This document shows, in pieces, positions 40,401 to 52,910 of a DNA stretch of 64,000 bases. The notes beneath the pieces were generated by a model. It saw nothing but the letters and a program-made list of their open reading frames with translations, was not told the DNA's origin and made no database searches. How positions within the stretch are numbered: the stretch's first letter is position 1; each line of letters opens with the position of its first letter. The stretch comes from Monocercomonoides exilis PA203 (Eukaryota > Protista > Preaxostyla). Location: assembly GCA_001643675.2 (NCBI GenBank), contig LSRY02000020.1, positions 62,001 through 126,000 on the forward strand, written 5' to 3'. The position numbers were made by a program, and so were the translations under genes.

Positions 40401-41653
40401 ACGACAGCCGCCTCGCCAGAAAGAACGCCCCGACAGTCACGCCTGCCCCAAACACCACAATCCCTGCCCAGATGAGCGCCACTCCCCACACCGGCATTTC
40501 TGTGTAGTCGACTGTGTCCCCGTCTTCCAGCAGGGTTACATGCGAACACGCAGTGGATATCGTACCAAACAGAAAGAACACCAGCGGCAGAGCATGCGAT
40601 GCGGCCATCACTGCGTTGCCGATTGGAAGCGTGAACGGCTGCCAAAACACTGCCAGCAGCGTCAGAATCGCATAGCAGATCGTCCCGATGATGGATGGCA
40701 CCAGCGGAGATTTGCGCAGAGTAATCGATAAGACAATCACAAGAACATTGATTATTCCGCTGAATGTAACAAAGACGCCGTTTTGTGCTCCAAACGGATC
40801 TTTGCCTCGAAGATCGTAGCTGAAAACAAAAAATCGTACAGTCAATGCAGCAACAACATGAAGAACAAGAAGAACAATTCCAATGACAAGTAAAGGAATA
40901 CGACTTCCGGATGAACTGCATCCAAGATCGTAGACAGAAGCAGTCATTATTGATGATGAGATATATTCTCCGGATGTTGTTGTGCATAAAAGATTCCCTG
41001 AAAGCACATTAATACCAGGGATAAAGAAAATGTACGATAATAGCAATGCAAATAAGTTTGTATTGTAAGACAGCACAGGATTCATTGACGATCCTTTTCT
41101 GTTAAAAAAAGCTCCAATGCCAATTGCCGCAACTTCCAAAAGCATAATTGGAGCAAAGATACTTGTCATAACTAAAATGAACGCATCATGCGACCAAGAT
41201 ATTGAAAAATCAACATAACTAAAAATATTTTCAAATATTTAAATTTGTTGTTAATCTTATGATCAAACCGAAAAACATCAATGACAGTTTGATGTATTGC
41301 TGAAGGCAATGGGATATATTCGAATTTCATTGGAATGGCGATGCATTGCAATGTTATGAAAATGATTGATATATACCAAAAGATCGAATGAAAACGAGAC
41401 TCCTAAATTTTATTAAAATAATTTGAAAATATAATTCTATAAATCGCAGAAAATACCTTATGAAATGTGAATAAAGAAGAAAACAATCTGTTTTAAGAAT
41501 GGAAATTTCTTAATTATCTGAATGGATAATAAAATTTTATTTTACAAACAATTCATCAAAAGTACTGAATCTCACAACAGCTAAGCCTGTACTCGTTGAC
41601 TCAGACGATACAGATCGACTCATCGACCGGTTTTCATCGTCTTTTTGTGTCAT
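31469..41653 (-). CDS. Giant TmcB/TmcC-like multi-pass membrane protein with TPR-like region and C-terminal hemerythrin-like domain
   Basis: N-terminal TM bundle (40234-41169), Ser/Pro/Gln linker, helical region (LADNILSYGVKKF..; PQSTQVLRAYGTLLRDIFRDDE), two TM-flanked loops, then LDYEHH..FYDEE..HFEVH..WISEHVKKTD; putative ATG 41653 (MTQKDDENRSMS). Confidence 0.8.
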
Positions 41654-41746
41654 AACACAAAGCGGTTGTTCGAAGTTTCCTTAAAAAATGTAAGGGATTA
41701 TAAAAATAAGTTATTTTATTCTGATCAATAAAAAATATTCCTGAAA

Positions 41747-43258
41747 ATGGAGGTATCGGGTCAATCTGACCAAGAAGAAGAGTATGAAGAAGAGCAAGCT
41801 GGTATGTTGCAATTATTAACTTGCATAATTACATACTGTATTTTTAGAATCAAATTTTACTCAGCAAACTCTTCCAGGAATCAACCCAAAATTGACGAAT
41901 TTACAGTTAGTAATAGTACTTATCACATTTTGCATATTGCTTATAGTTATTGGGATTCCTTTGTTGATGACCTCGTTAAATGTGTGTTTTGCAAAATGAA
42001 ATTTTACAGTTTATTTCTTTTTTATTTTTTCAAGCTTTTTGAGCATGTAATTAGATATGATAATGTTTCAAAAGATAGAGTCATAGAAATTCCTTTCCAT
42101 GTTGAAAAAGATGTTGCTGGACCTGTGTACGTACTGTATCAACTTGATCATTTCTATCAAAATCATAGAAGATTTGTAACGTCTCGAGATTACGATCAAT
42201 TACGTGGGAAAAAACTTAATGATCGTGAACTTAACAGTTTGTTGTTTGTATTTAAAAATTTTTTATTCAAATTTTTGATATTTTCATTTGACAATCTTGC
42301 AGAATGTGATCCACGTTCTGGAGAAAATCAACAAATTAAAGATTCGGAACGTATACCATGTGGAATTGCAGCAAATACAATGTTTAATGATATATTTTCA
42401 GTTGAATATCTGGGTGATGCAACAAAATCAATCAAAAATAACATTTCTTCAAATGCTCAAGAAGAAATTAGACAACAGATAGAAATTAAAAAGGATGGCA
42501 TTGTGTGGCCTAGTGATAAGGTTTGTGACATCTTTTTGAAAAGACTTTTTTATTTAATTATTTGTTTTATTTTATTTTTTTAAAATATTATTGGTATATT
42601 TTATCGATTTCATATTGGTTCAAAAAATAATTTTTCACTTTTTAACTTCGAAATTTTTTCAATAGAAACTGTATAAATCGCAAGCTGGATCTCAAAAAGA
42701 TGTGACGAGCGATGCGTTTATCGGTTGGATGAAGCCTGCTGCCCTGCCATCATTCAGGAAAATGTACGGAATTATCACCGATGGACTTAAGAAGGGTGAT
42801 TACCAAGTAAATATTGTGAATAGTGTGTTACATTTACAGGAAGTGCAAATTTTGTTTTCATGCAACTATTTTAAGCAGAAATAATTGATTATTTCATTTT
42901 TTAAAAGTTTTTTTTTCGTTTGTTTTTCTCTCTTTGAATTTATATTTGGGTAATTTTTTTTGTTTGTTTGTTTGCTTGTTTTTATTTTGTTTTTTAATAC
43001 CAAAATTCAAGATTACAATCTAACATTGAATGAAAAGAGCGTTGTATTTACAAAGCATTCGTGGTTTGGAGGGAAGAATGATTTACTTGGTTTGCTCGCA
43101 ATTTATTCCTTCATTTTTGTATTTCATCGTTTTTATTTTCAATAGGTATTATGTATGTAGTATTTGGAGGATTATGTGGAATACTTGCTCTCATTGTTGC
43201 AGTTAAATCTTTATTCTGCCCAAAAAAATACCCTTTATTAGATGAAAAAGATGAATAA
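41747..43258 (+). CDS. CDC50: CDC50/LEM3 family P4-ATPase flippase beta subunit, multi-exon
   Basis: VYVLYQLDHFYQNHRRFVTSRDYDQL, PCGIAANTMFND, GIVWPSD, FIGWMKPAALPSFRKMYG, SWFGGKNDLLG. Confidence 0.95.
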
Positions 43259-43406
43259 CGCATTTCAGCATTTCACATATTTCCTATGATATAACTTATA
43301 ATGATTTTTTATTTTTTGAGTTGATCGCACATATTTTTTCGGTTTTTTTTTTTTTCTTTTTTTCGTTTTTATGTTGTTGGATCAAATATACCTTCTTTTT
43401 TTTTCG

Positions 43407-43767
43407 ATGAACAAAAAAGATGATCGTAGAAATGTTCACCAAAGAAATTCAGGATTGAGAATTCAAGGAATATATGCTTTGATGTTTTTTGCATTTGCTG
43501 TTGTTGGAATGATTTTCATTTGCATTAAAATTTACAAATATTGTTATTACGATTATTTCTTTGGTATTTCAATCCAGATTTAAATTATTATTTTTCATTT
43601 TTTGTTTATATCTTTTTGAATTGAATTTGGTTTTAATTTTCACACTTTTATTAGAAATGGATACAAAAAAGAGATTTGTTTTAACTCTCATGATTGTCGT
43701 CATAGTTTTTAATGCGCTGACAATGCTTCTTACTGCAGGATTTAACCATATACTCGGAACTTCATGA
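43407..43767 (+). CDS. Small 2-TM hypothetical protein, one intron
   Basis: Two hydrophobic coding segments separated by an AT-rich intron-like stretch. Confidence 0.45.
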
Positions 43768-43982
43768 GTATATTAAGAAATAATATTTTTTGTGCAATTT
43801 GTTTGAAAATCTTCAAGGTGGAAGAAGTTTTTCAAATCAAAATTTTAAACACGTATTTTTTTTAAAAAAAAAAAAGAAATATTTCCTCTCCTTTTTTTAT
43901 AAATATCTTTTCAAAGCTTTTTTCTTTTAAAACATAAACAATCACTTTAACAGAAACCATTTTTTTTCCTTTGCTGAAAAAA

Positions 43983-44536
43983 ATGAAAAGTCATTTTTCA
44001 TTATTCTTTGCACTAATCCTTCTGTCTTTATTTGGTCACGCCAAGGTTTTTCGTCACTAATTTAACCTAGGTGAAATATTTCAATTTTAATTGTTACTTT
44101 TAAGAAGCAAAAACCATGCAAAGAAGAACAAAATCCTTTTAGGGAAGAAGATTGTGAAGAGGATGAACTTGATGATGATGAAAAGAGCAATATTGGACGA
44201 TCTTTATTTGTGAATAAACAAAAAGATACCACGAAATCAAGCTCGAGACCACACTCAGCTCCAAATCATTTATTCCCTTTTCATCATGAAAATGGTAATG
44301 ATCCTCTTCCTCTTCGCTTTGTTAATTGGCTTGCGGTGGAAAATCATTGGATATATGTAACTGCAGGTATTGCATTATTGCTGACTGTTCAAATTGGATT
44401 GATGATCCTTTTGAACTACAGAATGAAAAGCAAAAATATCGAAGAAAAAATCCCGGCAAACAATGATAAGCAAATTTCACGTAGGCCCAAGAAGAAAACG
44501 TCAAATTTGAATTCAAAGAAAATGAAGACACAGTGA
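43983..44536 (+). CDS. Small type-I membrane protein (signal peptide, one TM, basic tail)
   Basis: MKSHFSLFFALILLSLFGHAK exon, an intron, an acidic segment, TM WIYVTAGIALLLTVQIGLMILL, Lys-rich tail. Confidence 0.6.
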
Positions 44537-45114
44537 CTTTTTATATTTTTAACTTTTATCCGATTGAATATTTGTTTACAAGCTTTCAATAGCATGTGTG
44601 TGAAAATTCAGATGGCAAATGATGTGAAAGGTTTTTGTAAGTGGGCACTTTTATCATTTTATGAAATATATAGTCTTTATTCATAAATTTCAATAAATCT
44701 CACAAAAAACAACATATTTTTCCAAAAGTCATTTTTGTTTTTTGTTTAATCATGATATCAACTGTACTTAAAAGGTGTGTGATAACTTGTTGAATTTGTT
44801 AAAAGTTGAGAATTACATCTGTGATTTTTCAAAATCTGTTTTTGTAACGAATGATTTGGATAATCTATAAATATTTCTTGTAACAATAAACCATTAAAAA
44901 AACTCTCAAAGTTTTATCTTTGCAATTTCAATGCAAGCATTGAAAAATGACCTGATCTTCAGTTATGCAAAAAAACGCAAGAAATCATCGAAATAACAAG
45001 TGAGGTGTAAAAAACTATGTATAAAAAAGTGTATTGTGATGAAAGACAAATTTCCCAATGTATTTGAAAATGTTTTAACTTTCTCAATAACTCCTTGGAT
45101 AATGTTGATTGAGG

Positions 45115-46154
45115 TTACTTACTTCCTAAAGGAGACGGAGCAGGAGATCTGCCTCTATCCTTCCTTTGGGAAGATTTCGCAGGTGAAGCAGATACTTTTC
45201 TTGTTTTCTTGTAACCTTGAGAATTGGTTCCAGAAAGCCAGGAATCTTGTTCTCTCTCTTCAACGGACTTTTTGGGTGCGGGGGAATATGAACCAGATGG
45301 TGATTTGGATGATTTGTCATTCTTCTTTTTTGGCTTCTTGAATCCCTTTGTTTTAATTTTTGTGTATGTATCCTTTGCATAATTTTTAATGCTTTCCCGA
45401 GCCATGTATCCACCAATAGATCCTGCAACGATAAGAGCGACAATAATCAAAAATGATCTTGTTCCGATTTCTCCTGGTGCATCAGAAACTGGAAGTGTCA
45501 TGTTTGCGACAACAGTGCTGTATTCATTTCCTTTTGAATCGTGATAAAATACAACTGCAACCACTCCGTATTCATAAGGGTTAATTCGAGGATCAACTTT
45601 AAATGCATATTCGAATGTGTGAATTTCATTTGAACGAACGGAAATGTTATGATGCATTGCTGAATAATTACGGAAATATTGTGTTGGTTCATAAGGAGCA
45701 GTCATAGCAGCAACAATATCAGTGACATAAAAAGTTTTGCTTCCATTATTTTCGAATCCAATCAGCAAAGAAACAACATCTCCTGGGCAAATCTTTGATC
45801 CTTCTCTCGTGAGCAACATTTTTGTTTTTGATTCAACGTTTGGACTTGGCTCTCTTAAATTGTCAAGCAACTCTGCAGTTTCACGGGATCGACTTCTTTG
45901 TTCAGCGGGAATCTCATAATCTTCATTTGAATCTCCAGTTCCAATTTCAACATCATCTTCTTGTCCTTTAACGAACAGTGCTGGTAATGCAAATATTTAT
46001 TAATTTTTTTTATCGCAGAAGAAAAGCATGTCAAATGACAAATTGAATTTTATAAATTTTTTGAATGAAATTGTAAAATGAAGAAAATGATTCTATAAAT
46101 ATCGAAACCTTTTGAATACAAAGCAGCTAAAAAGAATAATGAAATAAAATGCAT
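45115..46154 (-). CDS. SSR1: Translocon-associated protein alpha (TRAP-alpha)
   Basis: Signal-peptide exon (MHFISLFFLAALYSK), acidic N-terminus, LLIGFENNG..F.V..I, YFRNYSA, TFEYAF, YHDSKGNEY, NMT, one TM, SWLSGT tail. Confidence 0.85.
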
Positions 46155-46784
46155 GATTTCAAGAGATTGAGTCTTGACGACTTTTATTCCGGTCGAACAA
46201 GGGTATTATTTAATCTGAAAGTTATGGTTCATGATCAAAAAATCAAATCAACCAAAAAAAAATCTAATTTATAATTTTATTTTATATGAATATCACTTTA
46301 TGAGTTTTCTTTTTTTATCCTTTGAATGATGGAAAAGCATCCAGTTATTTTATTCATGAATATTCAGCTATTTTTTAAAAAATGATAAACACAGCGAAAA
46401 TAAGAAACAGAAGATAAAAATGATATGTGGAAAATAACAATCTTTTTTTCCGTTTTTATAAATTTTTTTGTTGAAATAACCAATGAAAGATTATGAGGTG
46501 CAAAGAGAAAAAAAGATTATTAATCAATGTTAGATCCCAGAAAAGTATAAAAATGATCAGAAAATAGAAAGAAAAATCACGCAAGATTTAAAACAACTTT
46601 CAAACAAATACTTTCAGAAGAAGAGAATTCATTAGTTTTTTCATTTAATGCTTGGTTGTGAATTGTGTTGTTATTCTTGCCTATCTATTGCAAACAACTT
46701 TTCCAAACAAAATTCGCTTCAAGATACCTTTAAAATATTGATTTTTCATTTTGATTGAGTTAATTTTATAATTTTACTTCATAA

Positions 46785-47924
46785 TTACAACTCGGTCTTA
46801 GCTTGTTCAGAATTTGCTTTCTCCTTTTGTGTTTCTGGGAAGAGCTGTTCAACCAACTTCTTCTGCTCCTCGGTCAATGTTTGAGGGAACTGCACGCGGA
46901 ACTCCACATACAAATCGCCTTTAACTCCAAATGACACGTCGTCTTTGATGGGCATTCCTTCCCCTGGCACTTTCACCACTTCTCCGTGCGCTGTGCACAT
47001 CCCTCTTCTGTCGATGGTGATTGTTCGTCCGTCAAGCTGCTTGACTTTCGCCTCCAGCCCGATAAGCGCATCGTGAATGGATATCACCACAAATGTGTGC
47101 AAGTCGTTTCCCTTTCGAGTATATAACGGGTGTGGACGCTCTCTGATCTTGAGAACCAATCTTCCTGTCTCGTAGTCGCTTGATGCATCCCCCATTTCCT
47201 GATACGACATCTCTTCTCCATCCTTTGCTCCTGGATCAACAAACACCACTTGCTTATCTTCTGTGAGAACAGTTCCCTCTCCTTTGCATTTTCCGCATTT
47301 CTGACCAACGACCTTTCCTGTGCCCTGGCAATGATCGCATTGCTTTTGCATTTGGAGAATTCCAATTGGTGTTTGTTGTTGCTGTAAGTAAGCTCCTTTT
47401 CCGTTACAATGGGGGCAAGTAGTCATCCCGCCACGTTTTGCTCCCGTCCCTGCACATTTTGGACAGATTGTTCGATGGTTTACAACAATATCAACTGATG
47501 TACCGATGTAAAGCTCTTCAAGATCGCATTCCAATATTGCAGGAAGATCACGGCCGGGTTGTTTCTGTTTTTTTCCTGGTGTTGTATCTTGTCCACCCAT
47601 AAAACGTTTGAAAATCGAAAGTGGATCATTTCCACCGCTTGTTTGTCCTTGTTGTACGGCTTTTTCACCATGTTGATCGTAGGTTCGACGCTTGTCTGGA
47701 TCTGAAAGAACTTCGTAAGCATATGCAATTTCTGCAAAAAGTTTTTCTGCTTCTTCTTTTGGCACGTCCTTATTTTTATCTGGATGATATTTCAGCGACA
47801 ATTTCTTATATGCTCTTTTTATCTCCTTTTCTGTTGCAGTTCTCGAGACCCCCAAAACTTCATAATAATCTCGCGCACTCACAAATTGTAGTAGTATAAT
47901 TCCAAGTATCACCGAAATTTTCAT
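46785..47924 (-). CDS. ER-luminal type I DnaJ (Scj1/ERdj3-like), intronless
   Basis: Signal peptide, J domain with HPD, four CxxCxGxG motifs, C-terminal KTEL retention-like signal. Confidence 0.93.
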   Translation of the reverse strand: MKISVILGIILLQFVSARDYYEVLGVSRTATEKEIKRAYKKLSLKYHPDKNKDVPKEEAEKLFAEIAYAYEVLSDPDKRRTYDQHGEKAVQQGQTSGGNDPLSIFKRFMGGQDTTPGKKQKQPGRDLPAILECDLEELYIGTSVDIVVNHRTICPKCAGTGAKRGGMTTCPHCNGKGAYLQQQQTPIGILQMQKQCDHCQGTGKVVGQKCGKCKGEGTVLTEDKQVVFVDPGAKDGEEMSYQEMGDASSDYETGRLVLKIRERPHPLYTRKGNDLHTFVVISIHDALIGLEAKVKQLDGRTITIDRRGMCTAHGEVVKVPGEGMPIKDDVSFGVKGDLYVEFRVQFPQTLTEEQKKLVEQLFPETQKEKANSEQAKTEL

Positions 47925-49239
47925 AGTTCTTCTAAATGTTTAAAAAAAGTAATTATAAAAAAACATAAAGCAACAAAAACAAAAAGCAACAGAAGTCAAA
48001 AGTGCATCAATATATAAAACATATAACAAATGGTATTTTATGCAAACGTGTATATTAGAATCCTATTTGCACAAGTTTAATGGAAAAGGAACCAAGAAAA
48101 TGATCAGCCTATAATGATATTGGTTCGATCAAAACAAAAAAAGGAGCACAATTCTTGCATAAATGAACAAGACAGCTATTTGTTCCAAACTTTTTCTTCA
48201 ATAATAAATCCAAAAGTGTGACATTCTCTTGCAAAAAAATAAAGAAAAATCAAAAAAAATTGAGAAAAATATTTGAAAATATTGTACAAAACGAAATTCA
48301 AAAAGCAAATAATATCGTCCCAAATAGAAAATTCCAATCAAAAATCATAAAAATATATAATATTATGAAACTGAACACAAATTCATTTTTTGAAAAAGAT
48401 TTACAAATCTTTCAAATATTTTTGATTAATATAAAAAATGCGTGAAAAAACAATTTCCTTTGAGAAAATTATATATTCTATCTTCACAAATTTTCAAATT
48501 AATGCTTTTGAACATTTCAACGGATGAAATTTTTGTTCACAATATTTTTCCACACGTTATTATTCCACATTTCGATAAATAAATAATCTTTTGTAATTTG
48601 TGATTGATGAACATGTAATTGAACACAAGAAATCAAACTCAAAACAATGCACTTTCTTTATTTTTCATAAATAATGTTACTTCAAAGAAATGAAAATGCA
48701 GAATAGAAATCACACAAAAAAAAATCCTTTTTGAGAAATGATAAATAAATACTGAAGCGTAATTCTTCAAGAAAAATGGATAAATAATTTTGTAAGGATA
48801 ATTCAAATGAGTTTATTTGAGAAAATTGCAAAGAATATAATTCTTATAAATGAATTAGTCATTTATTTTGTATTTTAACATTTTTTGAAAGAAAAATGTT
48901 CATATTGACAATTATAAAAATAAAATCATTTTTTCAATCATCGTTTGATTCGAAATTTTACAAATTCAAAAAAGTTGAATTATGAATGAAAGAGATTGGT
49001 CAATTTTTTCAAAGAATTAATAAAATAGGTCAAAATATCTTAAAAGCACATTCGATTAAAAAATACCCAAAGAAATTTTAGTGAATAATTTTGAAGTGAT
49101 TTTATTGTTGATTCAAAAATAATTTGATCTTCAACTTTCATAATTTGTAGATTTCAAACATAACTCGATTCTTTTTAATAAGAAAAATTCAAAAGATGAG
49201 CTTTTTAGAAAATATTAAAGGTTTAAATGCACTTTTATT

Positions 49240-50700
49240 TTGATAAGGAAAACAATTGAATTAAAAAAATTGTTTTTCTTTGTAGAAATATTAACGAGAT
49301 TAAAAATATACCTTGATGGAGAAAATAAATTGAATATCACCAATGTTACTGAACTGATCAGCGAAATGAACACATCAGAACTGAATTTAATTATTACAAA
49401 AGAAATGTTTGATGAAATTAGCAAAAAGATAGAAGAAAAGGAATTATCATTGATAAAAGCTACTTTTTTGTTAAAACACATTGGATATTTTTCCGTTTTG
49501 AAAAATGTGCACAATGACGCCTTTTATAACTCTTGTTTGCGCATAACGTTTGAGAAGATGATTTTTGAGGAAGAAAAGAAAAAAGAAAGAATGAATGAAA
49601 AACTGAATAGATCTATGTGAATCCTATCTTCTATCGTGCGAATTTGTTTTTTGTCGCAATGTGTCCAAAGAGTTAGTTTCAATTTGTGTGTGTTGTCTTC
49701 TAAAAGTTGCTTTGAACAAAGAGGAAAGCAAGGAAAATAAGATCAAAGTTGAATTGGAATTACTTTCTTTATTGGGAATAGGCATTTTCCCTGTTTGATA
49801 ATTTTTGCTAATGATTATTGATTATTAATTTTTAAATGTAGGAATTGAATAAAGAATTGTTCTTGAATCAGATCACATATATTATCAAGTATCATCAACA
49901 CCATCACAATCTTACTCATATGGCATATCTATCTGCTTGGGAATTTTTCTATTGCAGGTATTTTAACAACAAAGAACTGGGAAATATATTTGTGAGTGAG
50001 TTGCATTTTGTGAGAGAATTTATTGCAGAATTAAAAGGGCTGTTGAAAATTGTGGATTGGAGCAATAAGGGAAAGAAAATGGATCAATTGAAAGATACAT
50101 GGACTTTAATGAGATGGCTAAAAACATTTTCTGGACTTTTTGAAATAGGAAAGCCTCAGAAAGAAGAGACAAATGAATTTATAACTTGCTTATCAAGGAT
50201 AAGCAAGGATGCAATGATTGTTAAGCATGAAATTTCAGAGGAATGCATACATATTTTTGAAGAAAAGTATAAAATGGGGAAGATAAACGTTGTTGATTTG
50301 TTGATGAGCGGAGCAGTAGAAGCCATTTTGGAGTAATATTGTCAATCAATAAACAGTGACGAAACTAAAATATTTTGCTTCATAGTTCTTAGATCAGTTT
50401 TCAAAATTCTGAATAGAAAATTGAATGAAAATCTTGATCAGAAGGATGACGAGAGCATCGAAACTGAAAGCGAAGAAAATCAAGACGATGCTGCATTTAA
50501 CCAGTTTTCTACTCACAGAAACGAACATGATTTTTATGAAAGATTTCATGAAAATTCGAGGGGAAAACATTGAAACAAAACTTATCATGATCAAGAGAAG
50601 AACACTTGCAAAATTTGAGGAAGAAGGACTTGAGGATGTTTTTGTTAGTTATTGTTTTGTAGATCTTAGAAAAAACGATTGTTTTCATTTTCCTTCATGA
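49240..50700 (+). pseudogene. Degenerate copy of a helical repeated hypothetical-protein family
   Basis: Fragmented ORFs 49240-49620, 49845-50336 and 50425-50700 with frameshifts and stops; ends EEEGLED. Confidence 0.55.
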
Positions 50701-50859
50701 AAAAGAAGATAAAAATATTAATTTGTATTGAGAACATTCAAATATAAAAGAAATTTGTTTTCCATTTAAATCAAACTGTTATATTTATCAGTAATAGTAA
50801 TTTTTATCAAAATTTTTTTCGCAATAACTTTGTTAATTTCTGGTGGAAAACCAAAAAAT

Positions 50860-50933
50860 TGTCACGATCCGGGATCGAACCGGAGACCTCATGCGTGTGA
50901 AGCATATGTGATAACCAACTACACCATCGTGAC
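50860..50933 (-). tRNA. tRNA-Val(CAC)
   Basis: Reverse complement GTCACGATGGTGTAGTTGGTTATCACATATGCTT-CAC-ACGCATGAGGTCTCCGGTTCGATCCCGGATCGTGACA; acceptor stem, D arm, anticodon arm and TTCGA T-loop all pair. Confidence 0.95.
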
Positions 50934-50940
50934 ATGTCTA

Positions 50941-52595
50941 GTCGGGGAGTTAACCCGCTCAGGGGAGTTAACCCGCTCAGATGATCACAGAAGTCAGAAC
51001 ATTTTTCCTTTTACAGTTTTCATTTTTCTCTTCGAAAACAAACAAAAATCGTTGGTTGTAACATTATAGCAGAATGTTTGTGGAAAAAATCTAATAAAGG
51101 ATGAAAAATAATTAAGAGAGGATAAAAAAATTGAAAAACTTTATCATATTCCAATATCAGACAAATCATCAGAACTGAGCCAAATTTTCCCAGATATTGC
51201 TCCTTCCGGTGCCCTGTTTGATGATGAAGCAATTTCTGCCCATTCTGGAGGCTTCTCTGGCAGTTGAGCAAGAACAGCATCTGGATTTAATGGATGAAGG
51301 CCTGTCACTCTCCAGCTGGCTTTAATTGTAGATGGAAACGAAGCCATTGCAATTGCTTCCTTTAAAACGGAAATAAATTCTTTTCTTCTTTCGCTAGCCG
51401 TGTTTGTTTTCCCACATTCAGTTGACTTTTTGAAACATTTTTTCATGTTGGCAAAAATGTACTGATCGTTGGGTTGCAGCAAGTGAGAGGTATGCGAGGG
51501 GAGTTGGATAAGATCGATTAAATTATCTTTGCATAATTTTACGATCTCTGTGGAAAAATGCCCTGTTCCTCCATCCATCACCAAAGCCGCGTGATTGTGT
51601 TGTAGTCCTATGGCAATTCGCTTTTTGTTTATGCTCGGAAGGATTGCTTTTTGAAATGTATCCAGAAAGCATGCAGTTGTCATGTGTCCAGTTGAACATG
51701 GTATGAATACCTCATTTTCTGTTGTAGCTTCAACATATTCTTTTGGAATTGTCGAATATGGGATAAGAATTGGAGTTAAATATCTCACTCCATCTGCGCT
51801 TGTGAGAAAAACAATACACGTTGAATTTGGCAACGAAGGCTCTGGAATGATTGGCTGAACTGAAGAAGAAGACGGAACCACGACATCTTCTGAAGATTTT
51901 GAAAATACAGTTGATGTTTCATCCAAATTGAACAACAATTGAGGTGCAATTTTCACTTCGGAAAAGAACTTTGCAACTTTGTCAAAAAAGGGACCTATAG
52001 TTTGCTTCGAATTATGTGCAGCACGGCCTATTGGTAACTTTGTTGCTTTTTTCAGAGCAAGTTTCGGATATCTTTCAATAAATCTCCTTGGCCAGTGTTT
52101 GTCTACTGATTTGACTTCTTCTTCTTCAGTTCTTTTTTCTCTTCTAATTTCATTTGCCTACAAATAATTAAAAATTAAAAATACAATAATTCGAATGCTA
52201 ACAAACCATTTCCGCAATATCTCTCATTGAATGGAAAATTCCTTTCTCTGCATCGACTTCCAATCTGACAATTAACCTTTGTTCGTCTGTTTTTGAAAAA
52301 AGAAAAGGTCTCCCGGGTTTTCCAACAACGCGATTCTCCTTTTGAGCTTTTTCTGCTCTTTTTAGAGAATGTCTGGAAATAATACTTGCTTGTTCAATTT
52401 CCGCCTTTTTGAATCCGCAAACAAGATGCAAGTGAAGACCTTTCTCGTGAGGAGTTTCCAGAAGCCTCGCTTCGCTGGATGCTGCAATTCTGTGGATCTC
52501 TTGCTCAATCTTTGACATTTTTTTCCAAACAAAAAATGGGTTGATTTTTGATCATCTGAGCGGGTTAACTCCCCTGAGCGGGTTAACTCCCCAAC
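50941..52595 (-). mobile_element. Full-length pogo-type (IS630/Tc1/mariner group) DNA transposon, 1655 bp
   Basis: ~46-bp TIRs, each with two tandem copies of GGGGAGTTAACCCGCTCA; flanked by TA at 50939-50940 and 52596-52597. Confidence 0.93.
51144..52518 (-). CDS. Pogo-type DDE_1 transposase, DD35D, one intron (52158-52206)
   Basis: HTH-like N-terminus (KPGRP, HWPRRFIERYP), NLDETS, VMDG, LPSHTSHLLQPND with 35 residues between the 2nd and 3rd D; spliced frame is open. Confidence 0.9.
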
Positions 52596-52910
52596 TATCA
52601 AAAAAGAATTTTTTGTTTAAATATAAATAATATAATTTGTCGCATCCATTGATATTATTGAAGAAAATTTTTAACAAAATTGAAAAACTTTAAAGCAGAG
52701 TGGAAAATTCGAACGACTTCAAGTTCTCTTAAACTTGACAATGATCAATAAAAGTCAAATGATATTATTGTTGTTGAAATATAAATGATATTAAATAATG
52801 TTCATTATTTTTTATCTATTTTCCAATTTATTTTTGTGCTTCTTTTTGAATAATTGAAAATTTTTTATGTGAAAAGAATTCTTTAAGTTAATTTATTTCA
52901 TATATGTGAC

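Noticed and set aside
50830-51069. ORFs with repeated GELTRS (also 52362-52601)
   Set aside because: Translations of the tRNA and the 18-bp TIR repeats, not proteins.
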